Part shown: in pieces, positions 10,088-22,000 of the stretch
How positions within the stretch are numbered: the stretch's first letter is position 1
How the letters are laid out: each line of letters starts with the position of its first letter
NCBI RefSeq assembly: GCF_004010195.1
Contig: NC_057756.1
Coordinates: forward strand, 8,666,221-8,710,975
Origin: Chiloscyllium plagiosum
Taxonomy: Eukaryota
Length of the DNA: 44,755 nucleotides
Reading direction: 5' to 3'
Made by a program: the position numbers and the translations under genes
Notes under the pieces: generated by a model
Told to the model about the DNA's origin: nothing
The model's input: the letters and a program-made list of their open reading frames with translations, nothing else
The model's database searches: none

Positions 10088-13000
10088 GTAAGGAGAGTGT
10101 ATATCGTTGAACCAACGCATACCCCTGAGATGCCACTGTGTCTTGACTGACTGTGCAGTCCTGCCCAATGTTTGCCTGTGATGCTAGTACCAAAATGTGC
10201 TGATGATCAGGAAAGAACAGGACAGACCGTGGGCTGCGTTCTCTACAAAAAAAGGAGGCTGAGTGGTGGCCTGATCCAAGTCGTAAAATTAGGCAATCAT
10301 TTGGATGTGGAGAAGGTGTTTTGACTTATTGGTAGGAGACCAGAGCTAGATAGCAGTGATAGAAGACAGTCCCTAATAAATCCAATGGAAAATTCAGGAG
10401 AAACATATTCCTCCAGACAGTGAGGGAGAATGTGAAACTTATGCCCACAGGGAGTGGTGGAGGTAATTTGAGTTGAGGGCTAAATTCAGGACTGCAGCTA
10501 TTTTGTGGCGTTTTGCCTTTCTGAAAAGAGATGTTTTACTGAAGATTTACATTGTGTACTTGTCAAGGCATTCCCAAAAACAGCAAATTTCGAAGGCCAG
10601 GGTATAAAATGTTGCAGGTCATAGAGTCATAGAGATTTGCAGCACACAAACTGACCCTTCGGTCCAACTCATTCATGCTGACCGGATAGCCTAACCTCAT
10701 ATAGTTCCGTTTACCAGCACTTGGCCCATACCAGCTTTCCCCACTTCCTCTGGCAGCTCATTCCATACACACATCACACTCTGCGTGAAAGATTGCCCTT
10801 TGGGTCCCTTTTATATCTGTGTTCGAAGTTTATAATTTTGTGTTGGTCGTGATGAGAAACGTTGATGACATTGATAAAACTGAGAACGTTGGGTGTGGAG
10901 ATCTGAAACAAAACAGAAATTGCTGGACAGACTCAGCAGGTGTGCCAGTATTCGTAGAGAGAAAGCATAGTCTCGGGTGCAGTGACCCTTCCAGACTGTT
11001 CTGTCCATTCTCAGTTTGAAGAAGCACCTTAGGATTCAAAGTGTTAACTCTGCTTTCTCTTCATAGGTCTGCCAGACCTGCTGAGTTTCTCCAGTTTGTA
11101 AACTTGATAACATGTCTTCTTCAGCAACTTTCCTCTTCTATATTTTGAGTCTGAAGAAGATGTGTGTTTCACAGATATGTATAAATGACAATTTTTTTTT
11201 TGCAAATCTTCAGAGTGAAATTCTCCTTATTTGTTCATTTTCTGTTTTGTGTTTTTTCTTCCAGTCTCTGTACTGGTCAGTGTCAAGACATCTGGGAATA
11301 TGTCACTTGCTACGTCAAGCGGAAAGAGTAAGTGACTGCACACTGCTGTCGTGTTGGTAGCTTGTCAAGGCGTAGGCCAGAGAAACTGGTGGTTTCCCAG
11401 GATGTCATGTTCAAGCAAGGCTGATATTTGAGACTTGGAGAAGAGGCATTCACCGTCTTGTGACTTACCCATAGAGGGTTACAAACCATTGCCCAAACAT
11501 AGTTGTTGCTGAAGGAAGTTTGTCTGAAGTCTGGACACAGCAAGCTCCCTCAAATTCCAGTAAATAATTACCAGATTGTGTTAATTTTAATGTTGCTGAT
11601 GGGATGAAAATTGGACACCAGGAGGAAGTCCCTCACTGCTTTTCCTCAACACAGTTGCTCTGATAATTATGGAGTTGACCTGAGCTTGGAGACAGTGTAA
11701 TGCTTCGAGAAGGGACAATGCTTCAAGGAATTGTTCAAGAGGAGGCGCTTCCTTGGCCCTGAGCCCCTGAGAACGTGGCGCTCCCTCAGCCCTGATCCCC
11801 TCAGAATGCGGCCTATTAAACTGGCCGAATCGCCGGGTGGCTGATGCCTGTTGTCACACATGTTTAGTTACAGTTAAACCTCCAGTGATTGCCTGGCTCA
11901 CTTCATCCATTTCTCTCTTACAGGGTAGTGAGAGAGATCAAGGGGAACCTGGAATGGTATCCTTTAAGCTGTTGGCAGTAATTTATGCTGGGAGACCATG
12001 CTCTGGGTTATAATGGTCATACTGGGGAGATTGTGAAACTCAGGCAAATCAAGTCAATCAGAAATGTCTTTAGATGATGAGACAGAAACAACAATTGAAA
12101 GATTGTTAAAGTTTGGGGCTGTGGGCAACTGAAGGCATGCTGTCAATGGTAGACTGATGGGAATTGGGGGATTCTGGAGAAGTTGGAATTTGAGGTGCGC
12201 AGATCACTCAGATAGGGAGTGATGCAGGGGCCAGAGGAGGCTGCAGGGTTTGGGAGGCGTGGAGAGGCCGGAGAAGGTTGCAGAGGGAGGCGTGGAGGGG
12301 CCGGAGAAGGTTGCAGAGGGAGGGAGGGAGGCGTGGAGTAAGGAGCCATATGATTTCCTTGCAGTGACGTTGAGACTTTCCTTGACTGTTTGCTTAGGAA
12401 CCGGTGGGTAAAAGGCTCTGAGGTAAGTGCTGTGAAGAGGAAGAGGTATATCAGGATGTCTTTCTATTCGGTTTAAAAAGTAAATTTATTGTGTGATTCC
12501 AGGCAGAGACAGCACAGGGTTCAATCCAGAGTAAAGTTTCCTTTATACTATCAAACGCTCCCGGACAGGGTCAGCACGGGTTAGGTACAACGGAAAGCCC
12601 CCTCTACGTTGTCTCCGTGAAATCCACCCAGGGCAGGACAGTACAAGTTTAGATGCATAGTGAAGCTGTCTCTACTCTGTCCCCATCATGAGAACATGAA
12701 TCTGTTTTCAGTCTTGCATTGTGATCAGCATGTGCAGGATAGACACAGTTTGCATTTAGCTCTAGTTGCCTGTTGGTAGGGTGATTGAATCTTACACAGT
12801 GTGTTTCTGTTCCACTCCCAGGCTCCATTGTCTGACAAGGAGCAGAAGAAAAGGAGGAAGCTACTGGAACAACTTGTATCTCTGCAGACTGATCTCCAGC
12901 AATTGGACGAAAGCTCAGAGCACGAGCAGCAAGAGATTGATGGTGAGCTGTCAGACCCTGTCAGATTCAGTCTGTTAGTGCAGCCTGGCCCACTCTTCCC

Positions 13001-16000
13001 TCAGCCCTTTGAACAGTCACAAATGTACAGCACTGAAACTGACATTTTGGTCCAATGCTTCCATGCCGACCAGACATCCTAAACTGATCTCATCTATTAG
13101 CCAGCATTTGGCACATATCACTCCAAACATCATTCATGTACCTTTTTAAATGTTGTTGTTGTACCATCTCTGGCAGCTCATTTCTCACATGCACAACCCT
13201 CTGTATGAAAACATTGCCCCATAAGTCCCTTTTAAATCTTTCCCCGTTTCAATTTAAATCCATGGCCTCGAGATTTGGATTTACCTACACTGGGGGGAAA
13301 AAACTACCTTGTCTATTTACCTTTTCCTTTTTCATAGCCTTCATGATTTTGTAAACCTCTATAAGAGCCCTGCTCAGCCTCTGAAGTTCCAGGGAAAATA
13401 GCCCAAGCCTATTCAGCCTCTCCCTATAGCTCAAACTTTCCAACACTGGCAACATCCTTGTAAATTTTTTCTAAACCAATTCAAGTTTCACAACATCCTT
13501 CTGCCAGTAGAGAGACCAGAATTGAATGCAGTATTCCAAAAGTGGCCTAACCAATGTCCTGTACAGCCACAACGTGATCTCCCAACTGCTATACTCAATG
13601 CAGTGACCAAAAAAGGTAAACATACCAGACGCCGCCTACATTATACTATCGAACTGTGACTCCACTTTCAAGGAACTTGTGCCATATTCCCCCTTCACTA
13701 ATGGGATGTGATGATATTGAAAGGCAAGGCAGGCTAGAAGGGCCAAATGGTCTATTTTGGGTCCAAGATGGGTTGTTTTTCAGACTGGAGGCCTGTAATC
13801 AGTGGAGTGCCACAAGGATCGGTGCTGGGTCCTCTACTTTTTGGAGTGCCACAAGGATCGGTGCTGGGTCCTCTACTTTTTGTCATTTCCATAAATGAGC
13901 ATAAGAAGTATAGTTAGTAAGTTTGCAGATTACACCAAAACTGGAGGTGTAGTGGACAGCGAAGAAGGTTACCTCAGATTACAACAGGATCTGGACCAGA
14001 TGGACCAATGGGCTGGGAAGTGGCAGATGGAGTTTAATTTAGATAAATGTGAGGTGCTGCATTTTGGGAAAGCACATCTTAGCAGGACTTATACACTTAA
14101 TGGTAAGGTCCTTGGGAGTATTGCCGAACAAAGAGACCTTGGAGTGCAGGTTTATAGCTCCTTGAAAGTGGAGTCGCAGATAAATAGGATAGTGAAGAAG
14201 GCGTTTGGTATGCTTTCCTTTATTGGTCAGAATATTGAGTACAGGAGTTGGAGATCATGTTGCAGCTGTACAAGACATTGGTTAGGCCACTGTTGGAATC
14301 TTGTGTGCAATTCTGGTCTCTTCCTATCGGAAAGATGTTGTGAAACTTGAAAAGGTTCAGAAAAGATTTANNNNNNNNNNNNNNNNNNNNNNNNNNNNNN
14401 NNNNNNNNNNNNNNNAGGGTGTGGTGGAGGCTGGTACAATTGCAACATTTAAGAGGCATTTGGATGGGTATATGAATAGGAAGGGTTTGGAGGGACATGG
14501 GTCAGGTGCTGGCAGGTGGGACTAGATTGGGTTGGGATATCTGGTTGGCATGGACAGGTTGGACCGAAGGGTCTGTTTCCGTGCTGTACATCTCTATGAC
14601 TCTATATACAGAAATATGTGCCAGATAGGGACAGGGAAGGTGTGGAGAAAGTGCAAGACACTTTGTAGACTTGACTCCCAGGGAGTGTAGATAAATGTCA
14701 GCAAGATAGACCAAGCCGAGGTCTTTTCACAAAAGAGTAGGGTGACTTGATTGAGCTGTTTTAAAAATGAGAGAGGGACTACAACTGTGGAGACTCAGAA
14801 ACTTAAATTTTTGGAGGCGTGGACAGGGTGTGTTAGGAGACCAGAACAAGGGGCCATCAAGAGAAGACAATCTCTAATAAATCCAATTGCCTTCTCCCAG
14901 AGAGTTGGGAGGGCGGGGGGAACTGCGTGTAGGAAATGTGGCACTCGCTCCCTTTTTGGAAGGTGGTGGTGAGGTGAGGGAGTTGCTCTTGCAGTGCGTG
15001 GTGTGTGGGGGGGAGCTGCAGGACTCGCTATCAAAATGTACAAGCTGAATTGTATTGATGTATAGAAACAGGGAAGCTGGATAAACAGGTGCGAGAGAAA
15101 CCAGTGGAAAGTGTGGGATGAAGAAAGGAATGGCGACAAGGCTGGTGTGAAGAAACACCAGCTGAGGGGCTGAATGGCCTCTGTCAGTGTGGGGCACTTG
15201 TCAGTGGGCGTGGTCTCTCCCTTGGTGAATTTTCAGCCTGATTTGTTGCTATGCAGAACAAATACTGACGGAGACTTGCGAGAGGCTGCAGGATCTGAAA
15301 CAGCGAAATATTTTGTTACAAGCATTTCTGCAGCGTGCAGTAAACAGGAGGAAGACACTGGAGGAACAGGGCAAGAAGCTGCACGATCGGCTACATGTCT
15401 TCAGACAGATAGGCAGGTGAGGAAACATACTGAGGGTGCATGGCATGCTGTGGGAGGGCTGAGGGAGCACTGTTGGCGATACCATATTCGGCCTGATTTT
15501 TGAGTATCCCTTTGAAAACTTTGCTGTTTCCTTACTTTGTCTCATACCTCCCCTATCTGTTTCAGTAAAGCTGAGCAAGATGTGGGAGTTGACAGTACCA
15601 TGGATGGCAAGTTGTGGCATGGCAGTGGTTTGGAACCCGAGGTGCTGGTGAGTATCAGTGGGAGGATGGGCACCGAGGAACCTGTCCCTGCAGCTGAGTC
15701 CTGTTGTGTGTTCATGGGGGTGGTGCTCTGTTCACATTCTCCTTCTGGGGGAGAAGTGGAATTAATCATTGAGACAGCTGGTTTTGGAGGTGGTGGGTCA
15801 TTGTACCTCCCAACCTATGCCAGAGGAGAGACTGGGTAAGGGAGGGGGGTGTCCTTCCTTTTAACCCACTGTCACCAACTAGCTAGACCTGAGAGGGGGG
15901 ATATGCTGGGTGAAGCCCCATTACTACAAATAATAGTCCCACACAGTTGGTCATTTTGTTTAATCTGGACTGGGGATGCCTTTGGCATCCCAGAAGAAAG

Positions 16001-19000
16001 CTGAGAGGTGGCCTCATCAAAGTTGTAAAATTAAGTAAGGGGCTTTCATCTGTATATCTACCCGATCATGTTTCAACTTATTGGTATTAGATCAGAACTA
16101 GGGAGCAGTGATAGAAGACAATCAGAGATGTATAGCATGGAAACGAACCCTTCGGTCCAACTCATCCATGCTGACCACAGCCTGATTTAATCTAGTCCCA
16201 TTTGCCAGCACTTGGCCCATATCACTGTAAACTCTTCCGATGCATATACCCATCCAGATACCTTTTAAATGATGCAAGTATACCAGCCTGCACCACTTCC
16301 TCGAGCAGCTCATTCCATACATGCACCACTCTCTGCATGGAAATGATGCCCTTGGGTCCCTTATAATTCTTTCCCCTCTCACCCTAAACCTATGCCCTCT
16401 AGTTCTGGACACCGCACCCAGGGAAAAGACCTTGTCTATTTACCCTATCCATGCCCCTCATGATTTTATAAACCTCTAAGGTCACCCCTCAGTTTCGACA
16501 CTCCAGGGAAAACAGCCCCAGCCTATCTGAGCCCGTTCAAGCTTCACACCATCCTTCCGATAGGAGGAAGCCCAGAATTGCACGCAATATTCCAACGGTG
16601 GCCTAACCAATGTCATTTACAGCCGCAACATGACCTCCCAACTCCTGTACTCAATGTATGATCAATAAAGGAAAACGTACCAAATGCTTTTTTCATTATC
16701 CTGCCTACCTGTGACTCTACTTTCAAGGAATTATGAACCTGCACTCCAAGGTCTTTTTGTTCAGCAACACTCCCTAGGACGATACAGCAACTCTCTGCTT
16801 TTATATCCCTTTATGTTATGGACCAGACCAAACTTTTAGCCACAGCAGAGAGAGCTGTATCGAGCAGTTTCAAACCGCCAACCTCAGCGAAACTGAAACC
16901 CTGGGTATGTGTGAATCTGACTCGACTCATTCATGCGTCCTTCATCTCGTTTAAAAAAAACCACAGAGCTCAAAGATGTTACCTGCTGCTTCTGAAGCAG
17001 AGATGTTGTCTCTGCAATAGAAACGACGCAGAATAAGTTTTAAAAGGCACAATATTGTACCAATTGGTCCTTGGATGTGTTCCCTCTTCCAGGATTGGAC
17101 CAATTCTCTTCTGGATTGTTTGCAGCAACTCCCTGTGCTTAGCTGGGATGTCCTCAACCAAGAATGGTGTCCATATTTTACAAAAACAAGCTTCCAATCT
17201 TGATGAATAACTCACTAGGGTGAGTTTATAAGAGCAAATTATCACACAGGCTGGAATCTGCACTGAAAACAAAAAATGCTGGAGATTACAGCAGGTCAAG
17301 CAGCATCTGTGGAGAGAGAGCAAACTAACATTTCTGAGTCTAGATGTCTCTTCAGAGCTGTAGTGAGGTGGGAAGGGGTTTGGAATGCTCCCTCAGGATT
17401 CTGACCCCGCACGCACCCCATTATTGAATGAATGCTGCTGCCACACACTTTATGTCAGCTCTGATGAGGAGTCATCTCAACTTGAAATGTTAGTTTGCTC
17501 TCTCTCCGTGGATGCTGTCTGACTCACTGTAATCTCCAGTACTTTTGTTGTCAGGGTGAGTTTATAACCCAGTTTCCTGTAGCAGCACCTTGAGCAGTAT
17601 GGGCAGACGTGTGGCTGATGCTGTTTAACCCTTAAGAAACAGGCAGTCCTCTGTAGAGGCTAACGTTCTCCATGGAGCACAAGAAATTGATGGAGACATC
17701 TGATTGAGTGCGGTGATTTAGTTAGTGACTGGTTTCGACAAGGGAGACAATGAAAAACTGTTCCCATTGGCTGATGGTAGGAACATGACCCAGATTTAAT
17801 GTTCTGGGTAGGAGTAGCAGAGACCAGGTTAGAACGGAAATATTTTTAATGCAGTGAGAGATAATGACCTGGATCGCATTGACCATGAGGAAGCTGGAGA
17901 AGGATTTCACAAAGAAATTGAGGAAAGATAAGCTTGCAAAACGACTTTCTCTGTGTTCCCACTCCACAGGTTGGAATGACCGGATTTCACTATACAGGGC
18001 TGGCATTGGCTTGATAGACAGATTAGACTCCTTCATTGCTGTAGTGACTCTGTTTTATAAAAATCAACATGTTCTGGATTTGGAACCTGTGAACTATATC
18101 TGTCTCTCTCACTTTCTGCCTTAATCCCTCTTTGTGTCTGTATGTTTCTCTCTCGCAATCTCCTTCTTTTTCTCTATGTCCTGCACACGTGCACTCCCTC
18201 TCTGTTCCAGACTCCGTCTGTCTCATTCGCTCACTCTCTCTCCAATCTCTTTCCCTCAGCAAGATGTTCGGGGAACGTGTTTCACGAGATTCCAGCTCCT
18301 GAAGTCGTTATATGATGAACAGGAGAGTCCTCTTGGAGGTGGTGGGTAGGTAGCTCCTGTGCTTCATGCATTTGTGGGTCTTCTCTGTCTAGTGCTTGGC
18401 AGATCTTGAGCTGAGAATCCAGGCGAGGGAAGTGGCAGTCACCGATGGTGGAGTGATGGGAATCAACAATTGGCTGGGAGGTGGGTGAGAGGCAAGCATT
18501 TGTGCAACATTGAGACTTCAGGGGTTGTAGGGAGTAGAAGAGGTGACAGACGAAAGGAACAATGTAGGAGCTTAAAGAGGTGACAGGTGGCGAGGGGTGT
18601 CGGGGTTGTGGGAGGTGACGGCGATGGGGCGGGAGTCGGTGCCTGGGCCGGGGCCGGGAAAGGTGGCGGAGATGGGGACGGTAGTCGGGGCCGGGGGAGA
18701 TGGGGGACGGAGATGGGGACGGGGCTCGGGGACGGGGGAGGTGACAGAGATGGGGACGGAGGTTGGGGCCGGGCGAGGTGTTCTGTACCTCATATTTATT
18801 AAATGTATTTTTCCTTTGCTCACAGTGACAGGGGCTATGACCTGAGAAGTGACAGTTATCAGCAATGGCTGAACCAGATAGAGGTGAGTGCCAATTCTCC
18901 TTGGGATATGGGGTCCCACATACCCATACTCACCAGGGTGTAGGGGGCTGCTGAGATAGGGAGCGCTGTGTACGCAGACTTGGGGGTTTTGTCTGGTTTT

Positions 19001-22000
19001 TTTGCAATTTTCAGCCTTTGTTTTTGTGCAGGGTGTTAATGCGTCACACCCACCAATCCACATCCTGGCGGCAGTGCAGACTCTGGCAGCTGAGAATAAA
19101 GAGGAGCTCATGGAACTCCAATCGAAAGTGGATGTGGGAAAGGACATGGAAGTCCTCAGGTAATCTTTGTTTGGCAGAACTCTTGCTGTGTGCAGGGAGC
19201 TTTACTCTGTGTCTAACCCCATGCTGTCCCTGTCCTGGGAGTGTTTGATTGGGAATAGTGTAGAGGAGACAACAAAGCTTCAGATGCTGGAATCCAAGGG
19301 AGACTAGCAGGAGGCTGGAAGAACACAGCAAGCCAGGCAGCATCAAGCGGTGGAAAAGTCAATGTTTCACGTGTAACCCTTCAGGACTAGGAGTGGAGGT
19401 GAGGGGAGCTGCAGTTAAAGGGGGGTCTGAGGGAGAGTGTTGGGTGGGGAGACTGACAAGAGGGGTGAGGTAGTGATAGGTGAACACAGGTAGAGGGTAC
19501 GGCCTGTTTGATAATGGGAGGAGTGAATATGGTTGGTGGCTGGAAGGTAGGGTCAGTAAGTGGAATGGAAGGGATGAAGAGAGGCTGGAAAGGGAATTGT
19601 GGGATGGGAAGGAAGGTTATTTAAAATTGGAGAACTCTATGTTGAGTCTTCTGGGTTGCCCAGTATAGAAGAAGCTTTACTCTGTATTTAACCCTGTGCT
19701 GTTCCTGTCCTGGGAGTGTTTGATGGGGGGACAGTGTAGAAGAAGCTTTACTCTGTATTTAATCCTGTGCTGTCCCTGTCCTGGGAGTGTTGATGGGTGC
19801 AGTGTGGAGGGAGCTTTACTTTGAGTTTAAACAAATAGAGGGACTTTTATTTTCAGCATAAAAGAATAGAAAGCATTACTCTGTATCTGCCCCCATGCAT
19901 TCTCTGTCCGGAGTGTTTGGGAGTACTGTAATAGAAGCTTTACTCCAGTTTAACAGTAGTGGGAGTTTTGCTTCCTATTTAAGAGTGTAGGGATGCTAAC
20001 TCTGTGCCTGACTCCATACTGTCCTTGACCTTCAAGTGTTTTTTGTTGAGACAGTATTGAAAGTGTGTTTACTTTTTATTTCCATTTCGTGTAAAAGAGA
20101 AAAGGGCGATTTACTTTCAGTTTACATTTCATTTAATAGAACAAAGGGAGCTGTACCCTTTATCTAACCCTGAGCTGTCCCTGTTCTGAGTGTGTTTGTG
20201 AACAGTGTGAAAGGAGCTCTACTTTCAGTTTAAAAGAAAGAGGAGACTTTACTCCCAGTTGAAATAAGTAAATGCATATTTCTCTGCTTAAAATAGTGTT
20301 TGATGGAGACTCAGTGTTAAACAAAACATGTAGAGGAGTCTTTAGTTTTAAAGAGTAGAGGCAGTTTTACTCTGTAGCTAAGCCTGTGCTGCACCTGGCA
20401 TGGAAGTGTGTGTGGGGTTGAAAATGTGTTACTGGAAAAGCGCAGCAGGTCAGGCAGCATCCAGGGAAGAAGGGCTTATACCCGAAACATCGATTCTCCT
20501 GTTCCCTGGATTCTGTCTGACCTGCTGCGCTTTTCCAGTAACACATTTTCAGCTCTGATCTCCAGCACCTGCAGTCCTCACTTTCTCCTCAAAGTGTTTG
20601 TGGGGTAAATGTCGATGAAGGTTTATTTTCCATTTGTGGTTTAAAAACGTAGAGAGAGCTTTACTTTAATTGTTTTTAAAGAAGAGAAGAGGCGCATTAC
20701 TTTTGGTTTGAGAGAGGAGTGTGAGCTTTACTCTGTATCTAGCCCTGTGCCGTCCTTGTCCTGGGAATGTTTGATGGGGGGGAGTGCAGTGTAGAGGCAA
20801 CTTTACTTTCATTTTAAAGTTGACAGAGCTGGACTCTGTACCCTAACAGTGTTCCCTCTGGTTTGAGTTTCTGAGAAGTGTGTGTGTGTTTACTGGAAGC
20901 TCTTTAATCTGACCGAGAGTTGTCTTTTTGTTAATGATATATCACTGCTGAGTCTGGCAATGGTGCCCTTTTTGTTTGCAGGTTCTCCTACAGTCGTTCC
21001 CACCTACAGGATGTCTCCGAGGCTCCTGCGGTTCTACGCTCTGTCAAGTCTTTACTTGAGGTTTGTACGATGTGAGAGATTAGCTTTTGAGTGGGAGTGT
21101 AAATGTTTGGTCAGAGTGAACATATTCCAAGCACAGGGAGAGCCAGCCTGAAACTATCCAGTAATGTCACACTGATCAGCACAAGTTCATCTTTATGATG
21201 TATAGTTGGGAAACAGGCCATCCTGTTCCTTGCTTCTTCCCTGTGCGCTCTCCCACAGCAGTGATTTCTCCCCTCCCCACCTCTCGACTCATCTCCCCTC
21301 ACTCCCTCACCAACATCTCCTTCTATTCCTTTCTTCCTTGTGTGTTTATACTTCTCTCTCTATTAATAAATTGACATGTTCCAAACCCCTTCCCTGTGGG
21401 AACAATTGCACATCCTCCCCTCTCCCCTGTGGGAGCAAGCCCCACATTCCCCACCCCCAGCCTTCTGGGGACTCTTTCCTGAGTGCTGAAACTTTCATCC
21501 TTGGCCAAATTATGTTGGAATCAACAATCTGTCCAAGATAATATTCAATAAGTGTAAAAGATGCAAGCTGCAGCTGAAGTTTTATGCCGTATCAATGCGT
21601 CTGTCAATGTAAACTCTCCTTCTGACTCCCCAAGGCACAAGCCAGGACTGTGATTGTATACTCTCCACTTGTCTGTGTAGGTGTAACTCCAAAACAGTCA
21701 AGAAGCTTGACACCTTCCAGGACAAAGTAGACCACTTGATTGGCATTCCATACACAAGCATGTGCTCCCCCCCACCACCAACATTCAGTAGCAGCAGTGT
21801 GTACTATCTACAAAATGTCCTGCAAAAATTCACTGGTGGGCCACAGAAAGCAAACCCACGACAACTTCCATCTAGAAGGACAACATATGGGAACACCACC
21901 ACCTTTGAGATCCTCTTCAAGTGACTCACCATCCTGACTTGGAAATATATCACCGTTCCTTCACTGTCACTGAGTTAAAATCCTGGAATTTCCTCCCTGA

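Larger units (their letters stand above)
19195..20830 (+). repeat. Degenerate roughly 67-bp satellite (gagctttactctgtatctaaccctgtgctgtccctgtcctgggagtgtttgatggggacagtgtaga)
   Basis: Many full and partial copies, interrupted by Penelope-like insertions. Confidence 0.8.

Noticed and set aside
10849..10906. Possible intronic C/D snoRNA (GTGATGA ... CTGA)
   Set aside because: Too short, no convincing terminal stem or recognisable rRNA guide, and it overlaps a repeat.
15174..15503. 109-aa + ORF as the HAUS5 exon frame
   Set aside because: Splice phases require a different frame ([14 protein letters not shown]...), which gives the expected coiled-coil.
16814..17062. Possible solo LTR (TG...CA)
   Set aside because: No TSD and no second copy in the window; cannot be supported without a search.
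18572..19147. 191-aa minus-strand ORF
   Set aside because: Antisense shadow of HAUS5 exons plus a G-rich repeat.
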